From NCBI GenBank assembly GCA_018882745.1, contig VFFD01000001.1, positions 5,060 through 69,059 on the forward strand: DNA of 64,000 bases. The letters are read 5' to 3'. Positions 1-10,483 of the stretch are shown one piece after another. The stretch's first letter is position 1; each line of letters opens with the position of its first letter. This DNA is from Candidatus Nanopelagicaceae bacterium. GTDB taxonomy: Bacteria > Actinomycetota > Actinomycetes > Nanopelagicales > Nanopelagicaceae. The position numbers and the translations under genes were made by a program. The notes under the pieces are model-generated. The model ran no database searches. It saw only the letters and a program-made list of their open reading frames with translations, and was not told the DNA's origin.

Positions 1-60
1 CGCACGACAATGCTAAGCAAAGTGAAGTGACGTCATTACATTCCGCTCAACCTAGATAAC

Positions 61-882
61 GTGGCTCAGGTCAATAAGAGTAAGAAAAACTCTCAAAATT
101 TGAAGCGAGGTCGGCGTCCTATCTCGAGAAGAGATCATAAGTACAGCAGAGGCGTTGTCGCTATCGTCGCTGGTTCGAAGCGTTTTCCCGGAGCTGCACT
201 TCTCACTGTTGGTGGTGCCCGGCGTGGAGGCGCTGGCTATGTGAAATACCTGGATAACAACACCACCGCAACCCACTTGGTCCTTGGTGCTTTTCCCGAT
301 GTTGCGCCTATCAAGAATCTATCTGGTCAGAAAATAGATTCACTCGTTGTTGGTCCCGGTGCATCAACTCTACGTTCTCTCCCTCACCTGATTCCTGTGG
401 TCCTCGATAGCGGCGCGCTCTCCCTAGCGCAAAGTTCACCTGCTCACCGCACTGCCAAGCAAATCATCGTTGTCACACCACATGAAGGTGAGTTGCGCGC
501 ATTGGGATATTCAATGCCAGAGAATTCAGTGACGAACGAAAAAGAATTAAAGGAGAGGCGCATTTCAACGGCGCAGAAAATCGCCGATGACCTCAATGTG
601 ATTTGTGTACTAAAAGGAAACCACACCGTTATCGCAGCTCCGCATCTACCAGCCACCATCAATACGAATGGTGGACCAGAATTAGCAACAGCGGGAAGTG
701 GCGACATCCTGGCCGGATTAATTGGCGCTTATCTAGCGAGTTGGAAACCAACAGATCATCATGAAGCGCAACGAGTGGTAAGTGACGCAGTACATCTGCA
801 CTCCGCTGCGGGCGCCCACGCAGCGCGCAGTAAGAAGTCAGTGGTGGCAACCGACATTCTTGAGTCATTGGCATACTGCTGA
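61..882 (+). CDS. nnrD: ADP-dependent NAD(P)H-hydrate dehydratase (YjeF C-terminal, carbohydrate-kinase fold)
   Basis: 273-aa ORF with GTG start. Motifs HKYSRGVVAIVAGS, GGARRGGAGYV and C-terminal GSGDILAGLIGAYLA are typical of the YjeF_C dehydratase family. Confidence 0.75.
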   Translation: MAQVNKSKKNSQNLKRGRRPISRRDHKYSRGVVAIVAGSKRFPGAALLTVGGARRGGAGYVKYLDNNTTATHLVLGAFPDVAPIKNLSGQKIDSLVVGPGASTLRSLPHLIPVVLDSGALSLAQSSPAHRTAKQIIVVTPHEGELRALGYSMPENSVTNEKELKERRISTAQKIADDLNVICVLKGNHTVIAAPHLPATINTNGGPELATAGSGDILAGLIGAYLASWKPTDHHEAQRVVSDAVHLHSAAGAHAARSKKSVVATDILESLAYC

Positions 883-894
883 TTAGATAGCGCC

Positions 895-2253
895 ATGTCA
901 GAGTTCATTCCCAACCCTGCGCGCGGCAAGGAAGTTTTCGAACTTGACCGCACCTATGTTTTTCACTCGTGGTCGGCTCAAGCCCAAATCTCTCCCCTTC
1001 CAGTTGCAACGGGTAAGGGATCGTATTTCTGGGACTTTGACGGGAAGAAATATCTTGATTTTTCCTGCCAATTAGTCTTTACCAATATTGGCTTTCAGCA
1101 CCCAAAAGTTGTCGATGCAATCAAAGAGCAAGCTGAACTTTTAACTACTGTTGCACCCCAAGTTGCTAATGAAGCGCGCGGCGAGGCAGCCAAACGAATC
1201 GTCGAACTTTCTAGTTCGCACCACCAGAAAGTTTTCTTCACAAATGGCGGCGCTGACGGAATTGAAAATGCAATTCGAATGGCACGACTCCACACCAATC
1301 GCCACAAAATTCTCTCTTTCTATCGCTCCTATCACGGCAATACCACCTCAGCTATTTCGGCCACAGGTGATCCACGACGTTGGCCAAATGAATTTGCATA
1401 TGGACATGTGCACTTCTTTGGGCCTTACACATATCGCAGCTCGTTCTGGTCAAAGAGCGAGGAAGAGGAATGTCAACGCGCGCTCGAACATCTCGAGAGC
1501 GTCATAACATTTGAAGGTCCCAACACAATCGCCGCAATTCTTATTGAATCTGTTGTCGGCACTGCAGGCGTTCTCATTCCACCTAAGGGATATTTAGAGG
1601 GCGTTCGCGCGCTCTGTGATAAGTATGGAATTCTCTGGATTGCAGATGAAGTGATGTCAGGCTTTGGCCGCACTGGAAAATGGTTTGCTTATCAACACTC
1701 CAACGCTCACCCTGATCTCATCGTCTTCGCAAAAGGCGTCAACTCTGGTTACGTGCCCCTTGGTGGCGTAGTCATCTCCCAGAAAGTTGCTGAAACTTTT
1801 AATGATCGCGTTTTCCCTGGCGGTCTCACTTACTCCGGCCATCCACTTGCATGCGCAGCTGCTGTTGCCACGATAGATGTCATGAAGGAAGAGAAGATCG
1901 TTGAACACGCAGCACATATGGGTGAGAAAGTTATTGGTCCCGCCCTTCGCGCGTTAGCTGAAAAACATCCGGTTATTGGTGAAGTTCGCGGCCTGGGAGT
2001 TTTCTGGGCGCTAGATCTTGTTAAAGATCGTGCAACACGTGAGCCCCTTGCCCCTTATGCTGGAACGAGTCCTGCGATGAATGAACTTGTGGCTGAGTGC
2101 AAGAAGCTTGGCTTGATGCCATTCACCAACTTCAATCGTATGCATGTGGTTCCACCATGCAATATCTCTGAAGCTGAATTTAGTGAGGGCGTTGCAATTC
2201 TCGATAAAGCCTTTTCCATAATCGATAAGCATTACATCGGCGCAGGCAAGTAG
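895..2253 (+). CDS. class-III PLP aminotransferase, probably omega-amino acid:pyruvate transaminase
   Basis: 452-aa ORF with class-III signatures FTNGGADGIENAIRMAR, IADEVMSGFGRTGKWFA and FAKGVNSGYVPLGG. Substrate role is inferred from adjacency to mmsA. Confidence 0.8.
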   Translation: MSEFIPNPARGKEVFELDRTYVFHSWSAQAQISPLPVATGKGSYFWDFDGKKYLDFSCQLVFTNIGFQHPKVVDAIKEQAELLTTVAPQVANEARGEAAKRIVELSSSHHQKVFFTNGGADGIENAIRMARLHTNRHKILSFYRSYHGNTTSAISATGDPRRWPNEFAYGHVHFFGPYTYRSSFWSKSEEEECQRALEHLESVITFEGPNTIAAILIESVVGTAGVLIPPKGYLEGVRALCDKYGILWIADEVMSGFGRTGKWFAYQHSNAHPDLIVFAKGVNSGYVPLGGVVISQKVAETFNDRVFPGGLTYSGHPLACAAAVATIDVMKEEKIVEHAAHMGEKVIGPALRALAEKHPVIGEVRGLGVFWALDLVKDRATREPLAPYAGTSPAMNELVAECKKLGLMPFTNFNRMHVVPPCNISEAEFSEGVAILDKAFSIIDKHYIGAGK

Positions 2254-2266
2254 AGAGAAATATCTG

Positions 2267-3766
2267 ATGAGCGACGTCAAGCGCATTTCACATCACATTA
2301 ATGGTGCATATTGGACTGGCAGCGCAGAACGAAGTGGTGATGTCTATAACCCTGCCACTGGAAAAGTTACTGGAAAAGTAGATTTTGCTTCTGTCGCTGT
2401 CGTGGATCAAGCAATCGAAATCGCCACGCGCGCACAAGCAGAATGGCGCAATGCATCCCTTGCAAAGCGAGTTCAAGTTCTCTTCGCTTTCCGCGAGATT
2501 CTCAATGCACGTAAAGAAGAAGTTGCGCGCCTTATCACAGCTGAACATGGCAAGGTCTTATCTGATGCGCTTGGTGAAGTAACCCGCGGCCTTGAAGTTG
2601 TTGAATTTGCCTGCGGTATTCCGCACTTACTCAAGGGTTCTTATTCAGAGGGCGCATCAACCAGTATCGACGTTTATTCCATACGCCAACCACTCGGAGT
2701 CAGCGCAATCATCTCTCCATTCAATTTCCCCGCGATGGTGCCGATGTGGTTCTTCCCAATCGCAATTGCTGCGGGAAACGCCGTGATTATTAAGCCCAGC
2801 GAAAAGGATCCATCACCTGTAAATCTCATCGCTGAATTCTGGAAAGAAGCAGGGCTTCCTGATGGAGTATTTAATGTTGTTCATGGCGATAAAGTCGCAG
2901 TAGATCGCTTACTTGAGCATCCAGGCATCGCCTCTATTTCCTTCGTTGGTTCAACGCCTATTGCGCGTTATATCTATGAAACTGGCACAAAGAATGGAAA
3001 GCGCGTTCAAGCGCTCGGTGGCGCAAAGAATCACATGTTGGTTCTCCCTGATGCCGATTTAGATCTAGCAGCGGATGCCGCTGTTAACGCTGGTTTTGGT
3101 TCGGCTGGAGAACGGTGCATGGCAATCTCAGCTCTCGTTGCCGTTGAGCCAGTTGCTGATGCGCTCGTCAAGAAAATCTCTGATCGCATGGCTACGTTGA
3201 AAACTGGCGACGGAACTCAAGGTTCCGATATGGGACCACTGGTTACTGCTGTTCATCGCGACAAAGTGGCCTCATATGTCGATGCTGGAGTTCGCGAGGG
3301 CGCCGCACTCGTTGTTGATGGACGTAACCCGAAAATAAATGGTGCAGCCGAAGGATTCTGGCTCGGCCCAACTCTCTTTGATCGCGTTACTCCAGAGATG
3401 AGCATCTATAAAGATGAAATCTTCGGACCAGTACTATCTGTGATTCGCGTTCAAAGTTACGATGAAGGTTTAGCGCTGATCAATAAACATCAATATGGCA
3501 ATGGCACAGCAATCTTCACAAATGATGGTGGAGCAGCACGTCGTTTCCAGAATGAAGTTCAGGTGGGAATGATCGGCATCAATGTTCCAATCCCGGTACC
3601 GACTGCGTATTACTCATTCGGTGGCTGGAAGAACTCGCTTTTTGGCGATACCCATGCACATGGAACCGAAGGCGTTCATTTCTTTACTCGTGGCAAAGTC
3701 GTTACCAGCCGCTGGCTAGATCCCAGCCATGGTGGAATTAATCTTGGCTTCCCGCAGAATCGCTAA
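2267..3766 (+). CDS. mmsA: CoA-acylating methylmalonate/malonate-semialdehyde dehydrogenase
   Basis: 499-aa aldehyde dehydrogenase. Catalytic-Cys region FGSAGERCMA and C-terminal FGGWKNSLFGD..HG.EGVHFFT motif are typical of MmsA. Confidence 0.85.
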   Translation: MSDVKRISHHINGAYWTGSAERSGDVYNPATGKVTGKVDFASVAVVDQAIEIATRAQAEWRNASLAKRVQVLFAFREILNARKEEVARLITAEHGKVLSDALGEVTRGLEVVEFACGIPHLLKGSYSEGASTSIDVYSIRQPLGVSAIISPFNFPAMVPMWFFPIAIAAGNAVIIKPSEKDPSPVNLIAEFWKEAGLPDGVFNVVHGDKVAVDRLLEHPGIASISFVGSTPIARYIYETGTKNGKRVQALGGAKNHMLVLPDADLDLAADAAVNAGFGSAGERCMAISALVAVEPVADALVKKISDRMATLKTGDGTQGSDMGPLVTAVHRDKVASYVDAGVREGAALVVDGRNPKINGAAEGFWLGPTLFDRVTPEMSIYKDEIFGPVLSVIRVQSYDEGLALINKHQYGNGTAIFTNDGGAARRFQNEVQVGMIGINVPIPVPTAYYSFGGWKNSLFGDTHAHGTEGVHFFTRGKVVTSRWLDPSHGGINLGFPQNR

Positions 3767-3781
3767 TAGTAAATATCTAAT

Positions 3782-3847
3782 GAAGAGATCTCTTCGTTAG
3801 ATCTCTTACTAGATCTCTATAAACTTGCTCTTAACCGCAAGAGATCT
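3782..3847. repeat. cluster of AGATCTCTT units and a 14-nt perfect palindrome between convergent mmsA and ribH
   Basis: GAAGAGATCTCTTC at 3782-3795 is a perfect palindrome. AGATCTCT(T/A) copies lie at 3786-3794, 3799-3807 and 3811-3819, with an inverted copy AAGAGATCT at 3839-3847. Alternative 9-bp stems are possible. Confidence 0.6.
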
Positions 3848-4284
3848 AATGCAGCGACTGTCGCATCAAAGCCCTTATCTTCTTTACTCCCGGGTACGCC
3901 ACTTCGGGCAATGGCTTGCTCGATGTTCTCTACGGTAAGAACTCCGAAACCAATGGGCTTACTCCGCGAGAGTGAAACCTGCATTACGCCATCCGTAACG
4001 CCCTGGCAGACATAGTCAAAGTGAGGAGTTTCTCCGCGAACTACGACGCCAAGCACGACTGCTGCATCTGCACCTGAATCCAGCGCATATTGTGCTGCGA
4101 GGGGCAATTCAAATGATCCTGGAACAAAAATGACAGGACTGATTGTCACCTTTGATTCTAAAAGTGCGCGCTTGGCACCAGCAATAAGCGCATCGCATAC
4201 TTCTTTATGCCAGCTAGCTGAGATTACCGCTACCTTAAATCTACTCATATCCCCGAGGCTAATTTTTGGAACTGCACCTGACAT
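3817..4284 (-). CDS. ribH: 6,7-dimethyl-8-ribityllumazine synthase
   Basis: 155 aa with lumazine synthase pattern (VVLGVVVRGETPHFDYV). It is the last gene of the rib operon. Confidence 0.9.
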   Translation of the reverse strand: MSGAVPKISLGDMSRFKVAVISASWHKEVCDALIAGAKRALLESKVTISPVIFVPGSFELPLAAQYALDSGADAAVVLGVVVRGETPHFDYVCQGVTDGVMQVSLSRSKPIGFGVLTVENIEQAIARSGVPGSKEDKGFDATVAALDLLRLRASL

Positions 4285-5513
4285 TATTTATGTCCTAACC
4301 TTTCGCGCTTTGTCTGGATGTACTTTTGGTTGAATTCATTTAAGTCGCCGTGAAGATCCTCTGCAGTTGCAGAAATTCCTGCCTCGAGAAGCGTCTGTAG
4401 TTTTTGCGGGTTATTTGTCAGCAAAGTTACCTGCAAAAGGCCGAGTTGATGAAGAATCTCTACAGCATCAGCAAAATCTCTTTCATCAACGTCATGTCCT
4501 AAAGCAAGATTTGCTTCAACAGTATCAAGGCCTTGGTCTTGTAGTTCATACGCTCGAATTTTCTCGGAGAGTCCAATTCCTCGCCCCTCTTGATCGCGCA
4601 GATAAATAACTAGACCAGAACCATGAGATTCGATAAGGCTCATCGCTCGTTCAAGTTGGGAGCCACAATCGCAGCGAAGTGAACCCAGCACATCACCCGT
4701 CAAACATTCGGAATGGATTCTTAAAAGAGCTCTCTCATTCTTTGGTAAAGCGCCAAATCGTAGGACTGCGTGATCCACGCCGCCCCGTCCACTAAAAGTT
4801 GTGATCTGCCAATTCTGGTTCTGATCTGAAATCACGTTGCGGCGCGGTAGATCCGCCCAATGTAGCGGGCTTGCCTTTCGATCTGACGTTCTTGGATTGT
4901 CTTTACTCTCATCTCGCAAAAGTTGGACAAGTGAAGCGATAGTCACTACAGGTATCTGATGTTGGACTGAAAACTGTTGGAGGGCACTGCCACGCATCAT
5001 CGAACCATCTTCGTTAACAAGTTCACTGATGACTCCAACTTCAACGTCGCCGACCATGCGACACATTTCTACAACAGCCTCAGTATGACCTTGGCGTCCC
5101 AGTAATCCATTTTCATGAGCAATCAGAGGAAAGATGTGACCTGGTCTGACAAAGTCTTCTGCGGTGGCTTTCGAATCGGCAAGGGTGCGAATCGTGTTTG
5201 CGCGCTCTTCAGCGCTGATACCCGTGGTGATTCCAGCCTTTGCATCAACGGTAACTGTAAACGCAGTTCGCTTAGTATCTTGGTTGTTCTTTACCATTAA
5301 CGGAAGATGGAGTTCTCGTGATCGAGCTTCGGTCATTGCAACGCAAATTACTCCAGAGGTATATCGAATCATGAAGGCGAGTTTTTCTTTCGTTGCAGCG
5401 CTCGCAAGAAGAAATAGATCTCCTTCGTTCTCGCGTTTTTCATCATCAGTAACTATGACAAAGCCGCCTTTTCTAAAGGCGTCGAGAGCGCTCTGTATCT
5501 GGGAGCTATTCAT
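4284..5513 (-). CDS. ribBA: bifunctional 3,4-dihydroxy-2-butanone-4-phosphate synthase / GTP cyclohydrolase II
   Basis: 409 aa. N-terminal DHBP synthase part (DDEKRENEGDLF) and C-terminal GCH-II part (HSECLTGDVLGSLRCDCG). Its stop overlaps the ribH start (TAATG). Confidence 0.9.
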   Translation of the reverse strand: MNSSQIQSALDAFRKGGFVIVTDDEKRENEGDLFLLASAATKEKLAFMIRYTSGVICVAMTEARSRELHLPLMVKNNQDTKRTAFTVTVDAKAGITTGISAEERANTIRTLADSKATAEDFVRPGHIFPLIAHENGLLGRQGHTEAVVEMCRMVGDVEVGVISELVNEDGSMMRGSALQQFSVQHQIPVVTIASLVQLLRDESKDNPRTSDRKASPLHWADLPRRNVISDQNQNWQITTFSGRGGVDHAVLRFGALPKNERALLRIHSECLTGDVLGSLRCDCGSQLERAMSLIESHGSGLVIYLRDQEGRGIGLSEKIRAYELQDQGLDTVEANLALGHDVDERDFADAVEILHQLGLLQVTLLTNNPQKLQTLLEAGISATAEDLHGDLNEFNQKYIQTKRERLGHK

Positions 5514-6120
5514 GACTCAACCCCCCGTTCTGTGCGCCAAGCAGTCGCTCCACATACTTAGCAAGAACATCAACTTCAATATTTACTCGCTCTCCAGGCT
5601 TCTTATCTCCAAGAGTCGTTTTCTCAACAGTCTCCGGAATCAGCCACAGAGTGACTGTTCTTGTACTGTCCACAATTTCTCCGACCGTGAGTGAAACACC
5701 ATCTACACATAGCGAGCCTTGATTTACAACATACTTTGCAAGATGCGCTGGAATCTCAACAACAAATTTTTGCCACTTCTCTCCCATCGCATTAGTGACA
5801 ACAATTCCTATGCCATCGACATGTCCTTGAACAATATGTCCCCCGAGACGCGCATCGACTCGTGTTGCTAATTCGGCGTTGACTCTCGCTCCGACCGTCA
5901 GATCCCCCAAATTGCTAAGTTTTAAGGTTTGCACCATCACATCAGCCTTTACAAGTGTATTTTCGATAGCGATTGCCGTAAGGCATACGCCATTAATGGA
6001 GATTGAATCTCCGATGCTAAGTTGATGGGCTAGGTTTGTTTCGAAAGTGAGTACTGATGATTCACTTCGTTTCTCTATCCCGCGAATGATTGCTTTATCC
6101 TGTACTAGTCCAGTAAACAT
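5506..6120 (-). CDS. ribE: riboflavin synthase alpha chain
   Basis: 204 aa with MFTGLV N-terminus and two lumazine-binding repeats. Confidence 0.9.
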   Translation of the reverse strand: MFTGLVQDKAIIRGIEKRSESSVLTFETNLAHQLSIGDSISINGVCLTAIAIENTLVKADVMVQTLKLSNLGDLTVGARVNAELATRVDARLGGHIVQGHVDGIGIVVTNAMGEKWQKFVVEIPAHLAKYVVNQGSLCVDGVSLTVGEIVDSTRTVTLWLIPETVEKTTLGDKKPGERVNIEVDVLAKYVERLLGAQNGGLSHE

Positions 6121-7203
6121 TTATCGACCTCCCGTTAAAGAAGTGAGTTTTCGCGATGAGGAAGCAAGCAACTGAATCTTTATATCTTCGCCGGTTCTTG
6201 CTATTTCCCCATAAGTAAATGAGATTCGATTCTCCAGAGAATTTACACCGAGATCTGAGACGAACGATGTTCCAGCACCAAGTAGTGAAGGTGCCTGATA
6301 AAGAAGAATCTCATCTATCAATCCAGCTCGAATTAGTGCGCTATTAAAGCTTGAACCCGCTTCAATCAGTAGTTGATTCCACCCGAACTCTTGCGCCATA
6401 GAAATTATTTGGTCGATGTCCCGTGACCGTATGTATCGTGTTTCAGCTTTAGCGTTATTGATATTAAATTGCGCGGGAGTGGAACGCTCCCCCATGACGA
6501 TACGGATGGGGTTCTTTTTTCGTCCCGAAGGGTTGACTTCATCCCCAAATCGCGGAGTTAGATCAGGATTATCGGCCAACACCGTGGCGGTCGTAGTGAC
6601 AATGGCATCAGCCTGATTGCGCAGCAACGCAACGTCGCGCCTCGACTCTTCAGATGTAATCCATTTCGACGTTCCATCTGCTGCTGCAATCTTTCCATCA
6701 ACTGTGGCAGCAATTTTCGAGAGAATCCATGGCTTACCCGTTGTGATCTTCTTCAACCAGGCACGATTTGTAAAAGCGACTGTCTCTGTTTCTATTCCCT
6801 CTATCACTTCAATACCCGCACTCCGTAATTTCTTAGCGCCACCTTCTGCAATCGGGTTAGGGTCACTCACTGCAAATACAACGCTCTTAAATTTCGCCTC
6901 AATAATGGCGTTAGAGCATGGGCCAGTTTTTCCATGATGGTTACATGGCTCTAACGTGACAACCAGCGTGCATTGAGAGAAATCAGTATGTCCGGATAGC
7001 TGGGCCTTTTTCATTGCGATTACTTCGGCGTGCTCGCCACCGGCGTGAAAACCTATTGCAATCTCTTTATCTTGGGCATCAAGTATGAGAGCCCCCACAA
7101 TCGGATTGGGAGTTGTTAATCCGAGACCGTGCGTCGCACTTTCATTAGCGCGCAACATCGCGCGTTGCAGTAGCAACTGTCGAGATGAATCTGCGTTAGT
7201 CAT
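6121..7203 (-). CDS. ribD: bifunctional diaminohydroxyphosphoribosylaminopyrimidine deaminase / 5-amino-6-(5-phosphoribosylamino)uracil reductase
   Basis: 360 aa. Zinc deaminase motifs HAEVIA and PCNHHGKTGPC, plus a C-terminal RibD reductase domain. Confidence 0.9.
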   Translation of the reverse strand: MTNADSSRQLLLQRAMLRANESATHGLGLTTPNPIVGALILDAQDKEIAIGFHAGGEHAEVIAMKKAQLSGHTDFSQCTLVVTLEPCNHHGKTGPCSNAIIEAKFKSVVFAVSDPNPIAEGGAKKLRSAGIEVIEGIETETVAFTNRAWLKKITTGKPWILSKIAATVDGKIAAADGTSKWITSEESRRDVALLRNQADAIVTTTATVLADNPDLTPRFGDEVNPSGRKKNPIRIVMGERSTPAQFNINNAKAETRYIRSRDIDQIISMAQEFGWNQLLIEAGSSFNSALIRAGLIDEILLYQAPSLLGAGTSFVSDLGVNSLENRISFTYGEIARTGEDIKIQLLASSSRKLTSLTGGR

Positions 7204-7321
7204 TTCGCCTTCCGGTTCGAGTAACTCCGGGGCGCAAAAGAAGGTACCGCTGACTTAGATGGCGACGTCACAACTCGACGCATGCAGGAATAAACCAGCA
7301 TAAAGCCAGATAAATCTAGCG

Positions 7322-7445
7322 AGCGTGTTCCCTCTCATCCGGACTTTAACCGTCGGTCTTGGAATTTCACCAAGTCCACCGTTAGCTGGATGCAAACGGG
7401 TCGCAGACTGTGACTGCCGGTTCGGAATTGCACCGACCCCGGAAA
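7322..7445 (-). promoter_or_regulatory. FMN riboswitch (RFN element) controlling ribD-ribE-ribBA-ribH
   Basis: The minus strand reads GGGGTCGGTGCAATTCCGAACCGGCAGT...GGTGAAATTCCAAGACCGACGGTTAAAGTCCGGATGAGAGGGAAC. This matches the conserved RFN cores. It lies about 120 nt upstream of the ribD ATG. Confidence 0.85.
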
Positions 7446-7462
7446 CAACAGCGCGAGTTTAT

Positions 7463-9109
7463 CTAATTCCCATCCCAAAGCGCCATCTCGCGCTTAAAGG
7501 GATCTAGGCCCATTGGGCCAAGGTTGAGCGCAAATGAGTGGAACTTCTTCAGCTCGAATTTCGCACCTAATCTCTTCTTGGCATCTTCGCGAGCTTCCAT
7601 CCAGAAGCGCTCTCCTACTTTGTACGAGATGGCTTGACCTGGCCAACCTAAATAACGATCGACTTCACTCCGCGCTGAAATCTCATCAAGGAGAGCGCGT
7701 TCATGAAGTAGTTTGAAAGCTGATTCGGCATTCCACACTTCACCATTGAAATCTTTGTAGCCACAATGCATTCCAATATCCACGACGATTCGTGCGGCAC
7801 GTAATCCTTGTGCCGATAAATAACCCATTTCATAACCTGGATCTGCAAAAGCGCCGAGCTCATCCATAAGACGTTCGGCATACAATGCCCAGCCTTCGCC
7901 ATAGCCTGAGACCCAGACACGATTTCTCTGGAAACGATTGAGGCGTTCGGTATTGATTTTGGTTGTTGCAACTTGAAGATGATGTCCTGGAACCGCTTCG
8001 TGATACCAGGTAGAAACAATATGCCACCAACCAAATGTCTTACGCCCCATAGTAGGAAACCATGTTGTACCCGGACGAGTTAGGTCTTCACTTGGTCCCA
8101 TGTAGTAAGCCGCTGATGCACTTCCCTCGGGAGCGAGCCGCGCTTCGCAATTGCGAATTCGGGGATCAATATCAAATTCTTTGCCGTCGAGTCGCTCAAC
8201 AGCTGCTGCAATAAAATCTCGTAGTTTCTTCAGTAACTCTTCTTCGCCTTCCACTGTATAACGCGAATCAGAGTCGAGGCGATCGGCAACCTCGCGTAGT
8301 GTTGTGGCATCGGGATAAAGTTTCTTCGCAGCAATCCACATCCGCTCATTAATCATCTCTAGTTGCTTGATTCCCCACTCATAAGTGTCGCGAAGATCAA
8401 GATCTGCACCGGTAAAGTGACGCGCCCACATTTTGTAGCGAGTTTCTCCCACTCCATCTGCGGCGAGACATTGAGGCGCGTAAACGTCGCGCATCCAGAT
8501 TGCAAGTGCGGCACAAGCCCGTTCAGCCTTCTGAGCAGCGCCCATTAAAGCTTGATTATCTGCTGCAGGATTGAACTTCTTAGCTACGGCTGAAAATGCT
8601 CCTTTGGAGAATGTTTCGAGCTGACCAGCAGTGGCAAGGACTTGTCTACGTGAGTTGACTTTACCTTGTGCAGCAACAAACTCCAGAGTCGACTTCCATC
8701 CTTCAAATGCTGATTCAATTCCATCAAGTCGTTTTGTGACATGTGAAATAGTTTCGGGCTGATCTTTCTTCATCATTTCAAAGACTTGTCGAATACTTGT
8801 GACAGGCGAGGAGATGAGATTAAAGAGAATGCGCGCCTCAAAGGTGTCATTTAGATTCAGTTCTGAAGTTAGGCGCTCCACGGCAACATCTCGTGCGATT
8901 CGATCAAATTCATTGACCGGAGTTTCGTTCTTGATTGCATTAAGAGTCCTGCGAATGAGATCAGCGCGCTTCTCATTTCCAGCCATGGAAAGATCATCAA
9001 GTTGATCATCAAGTCCAGGTACTCCCAACATTGTCGCACCAATAGGCGAGAGTTTGATGCTTTCTTCTAAGAACGAATCAAGAATTACATTGATGGGCGT
9101 GCTGGTCAT
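7463..9109 (-). CDS. DUF885 family protein (metallopeptidase-like)
   Basis: 548 aa with an HEAVPGHHLQ motif and overall DUF885-like pattern. Confidence 0.65.
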   Translation of the reverse strand: MTSTPINVILDSFLEESIKLSPIGATMLGVPGLDDQLDDLSMAGNEKRADLIRRTLNAIKNETPVNEFDRIARDVAVERLTSELNLNDTFEARILFNLISSPVTSIRQVFEMMKKDQPETISHVTKRLDGIESAFEGWKSTLEFVAAQGKVNSRRQVLATAGQLETFSKGAFSAVAKKFNPAADNQALMGAAQKAERACAALAIWMRDVYAPQCLAADGVGETRYKMWARHFTGADLDLRDTYEWGIKQLEMINERMWIAAKKLYPDATTLREVADRLDSDSRYTVEGEEELLKKLRDFIAAAVERLDGKEFDIDPRIRNCEARLAPEGSASAAYYMGPSEDLTRPGTTWFPTMGRKTFGWWHIVSTWYHEAVPGHHLQVATTKINTERLNRFQRNRVWVSGYGEGWALYAERLMDELGAFADPGYEMGYLSAQGLRAARIVVDIGMHCGYKDFNGEVWNAESAFKLLHERALLDEISARSEVDRYLGWPGQAISYKVGERFWMEAREDAKKRLGAKFELKKFHSFALNLGPMGLDPFKREMALWDGN

Positions 9110-9121
9110 ATTCTCTCTTTC

Positions 9122-10477
<1,356 letters not shown>

Positions 10478-10483
10478 CTAAGC

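Noticed and set aside
7325-7507. 60-aa plus-strand ORF between ribD and the DUF885 gene.
   Set aside because: It lies antisense across the FMN riboswitch aptamer, which accounts for the conservation-like structure. It has no coding features.
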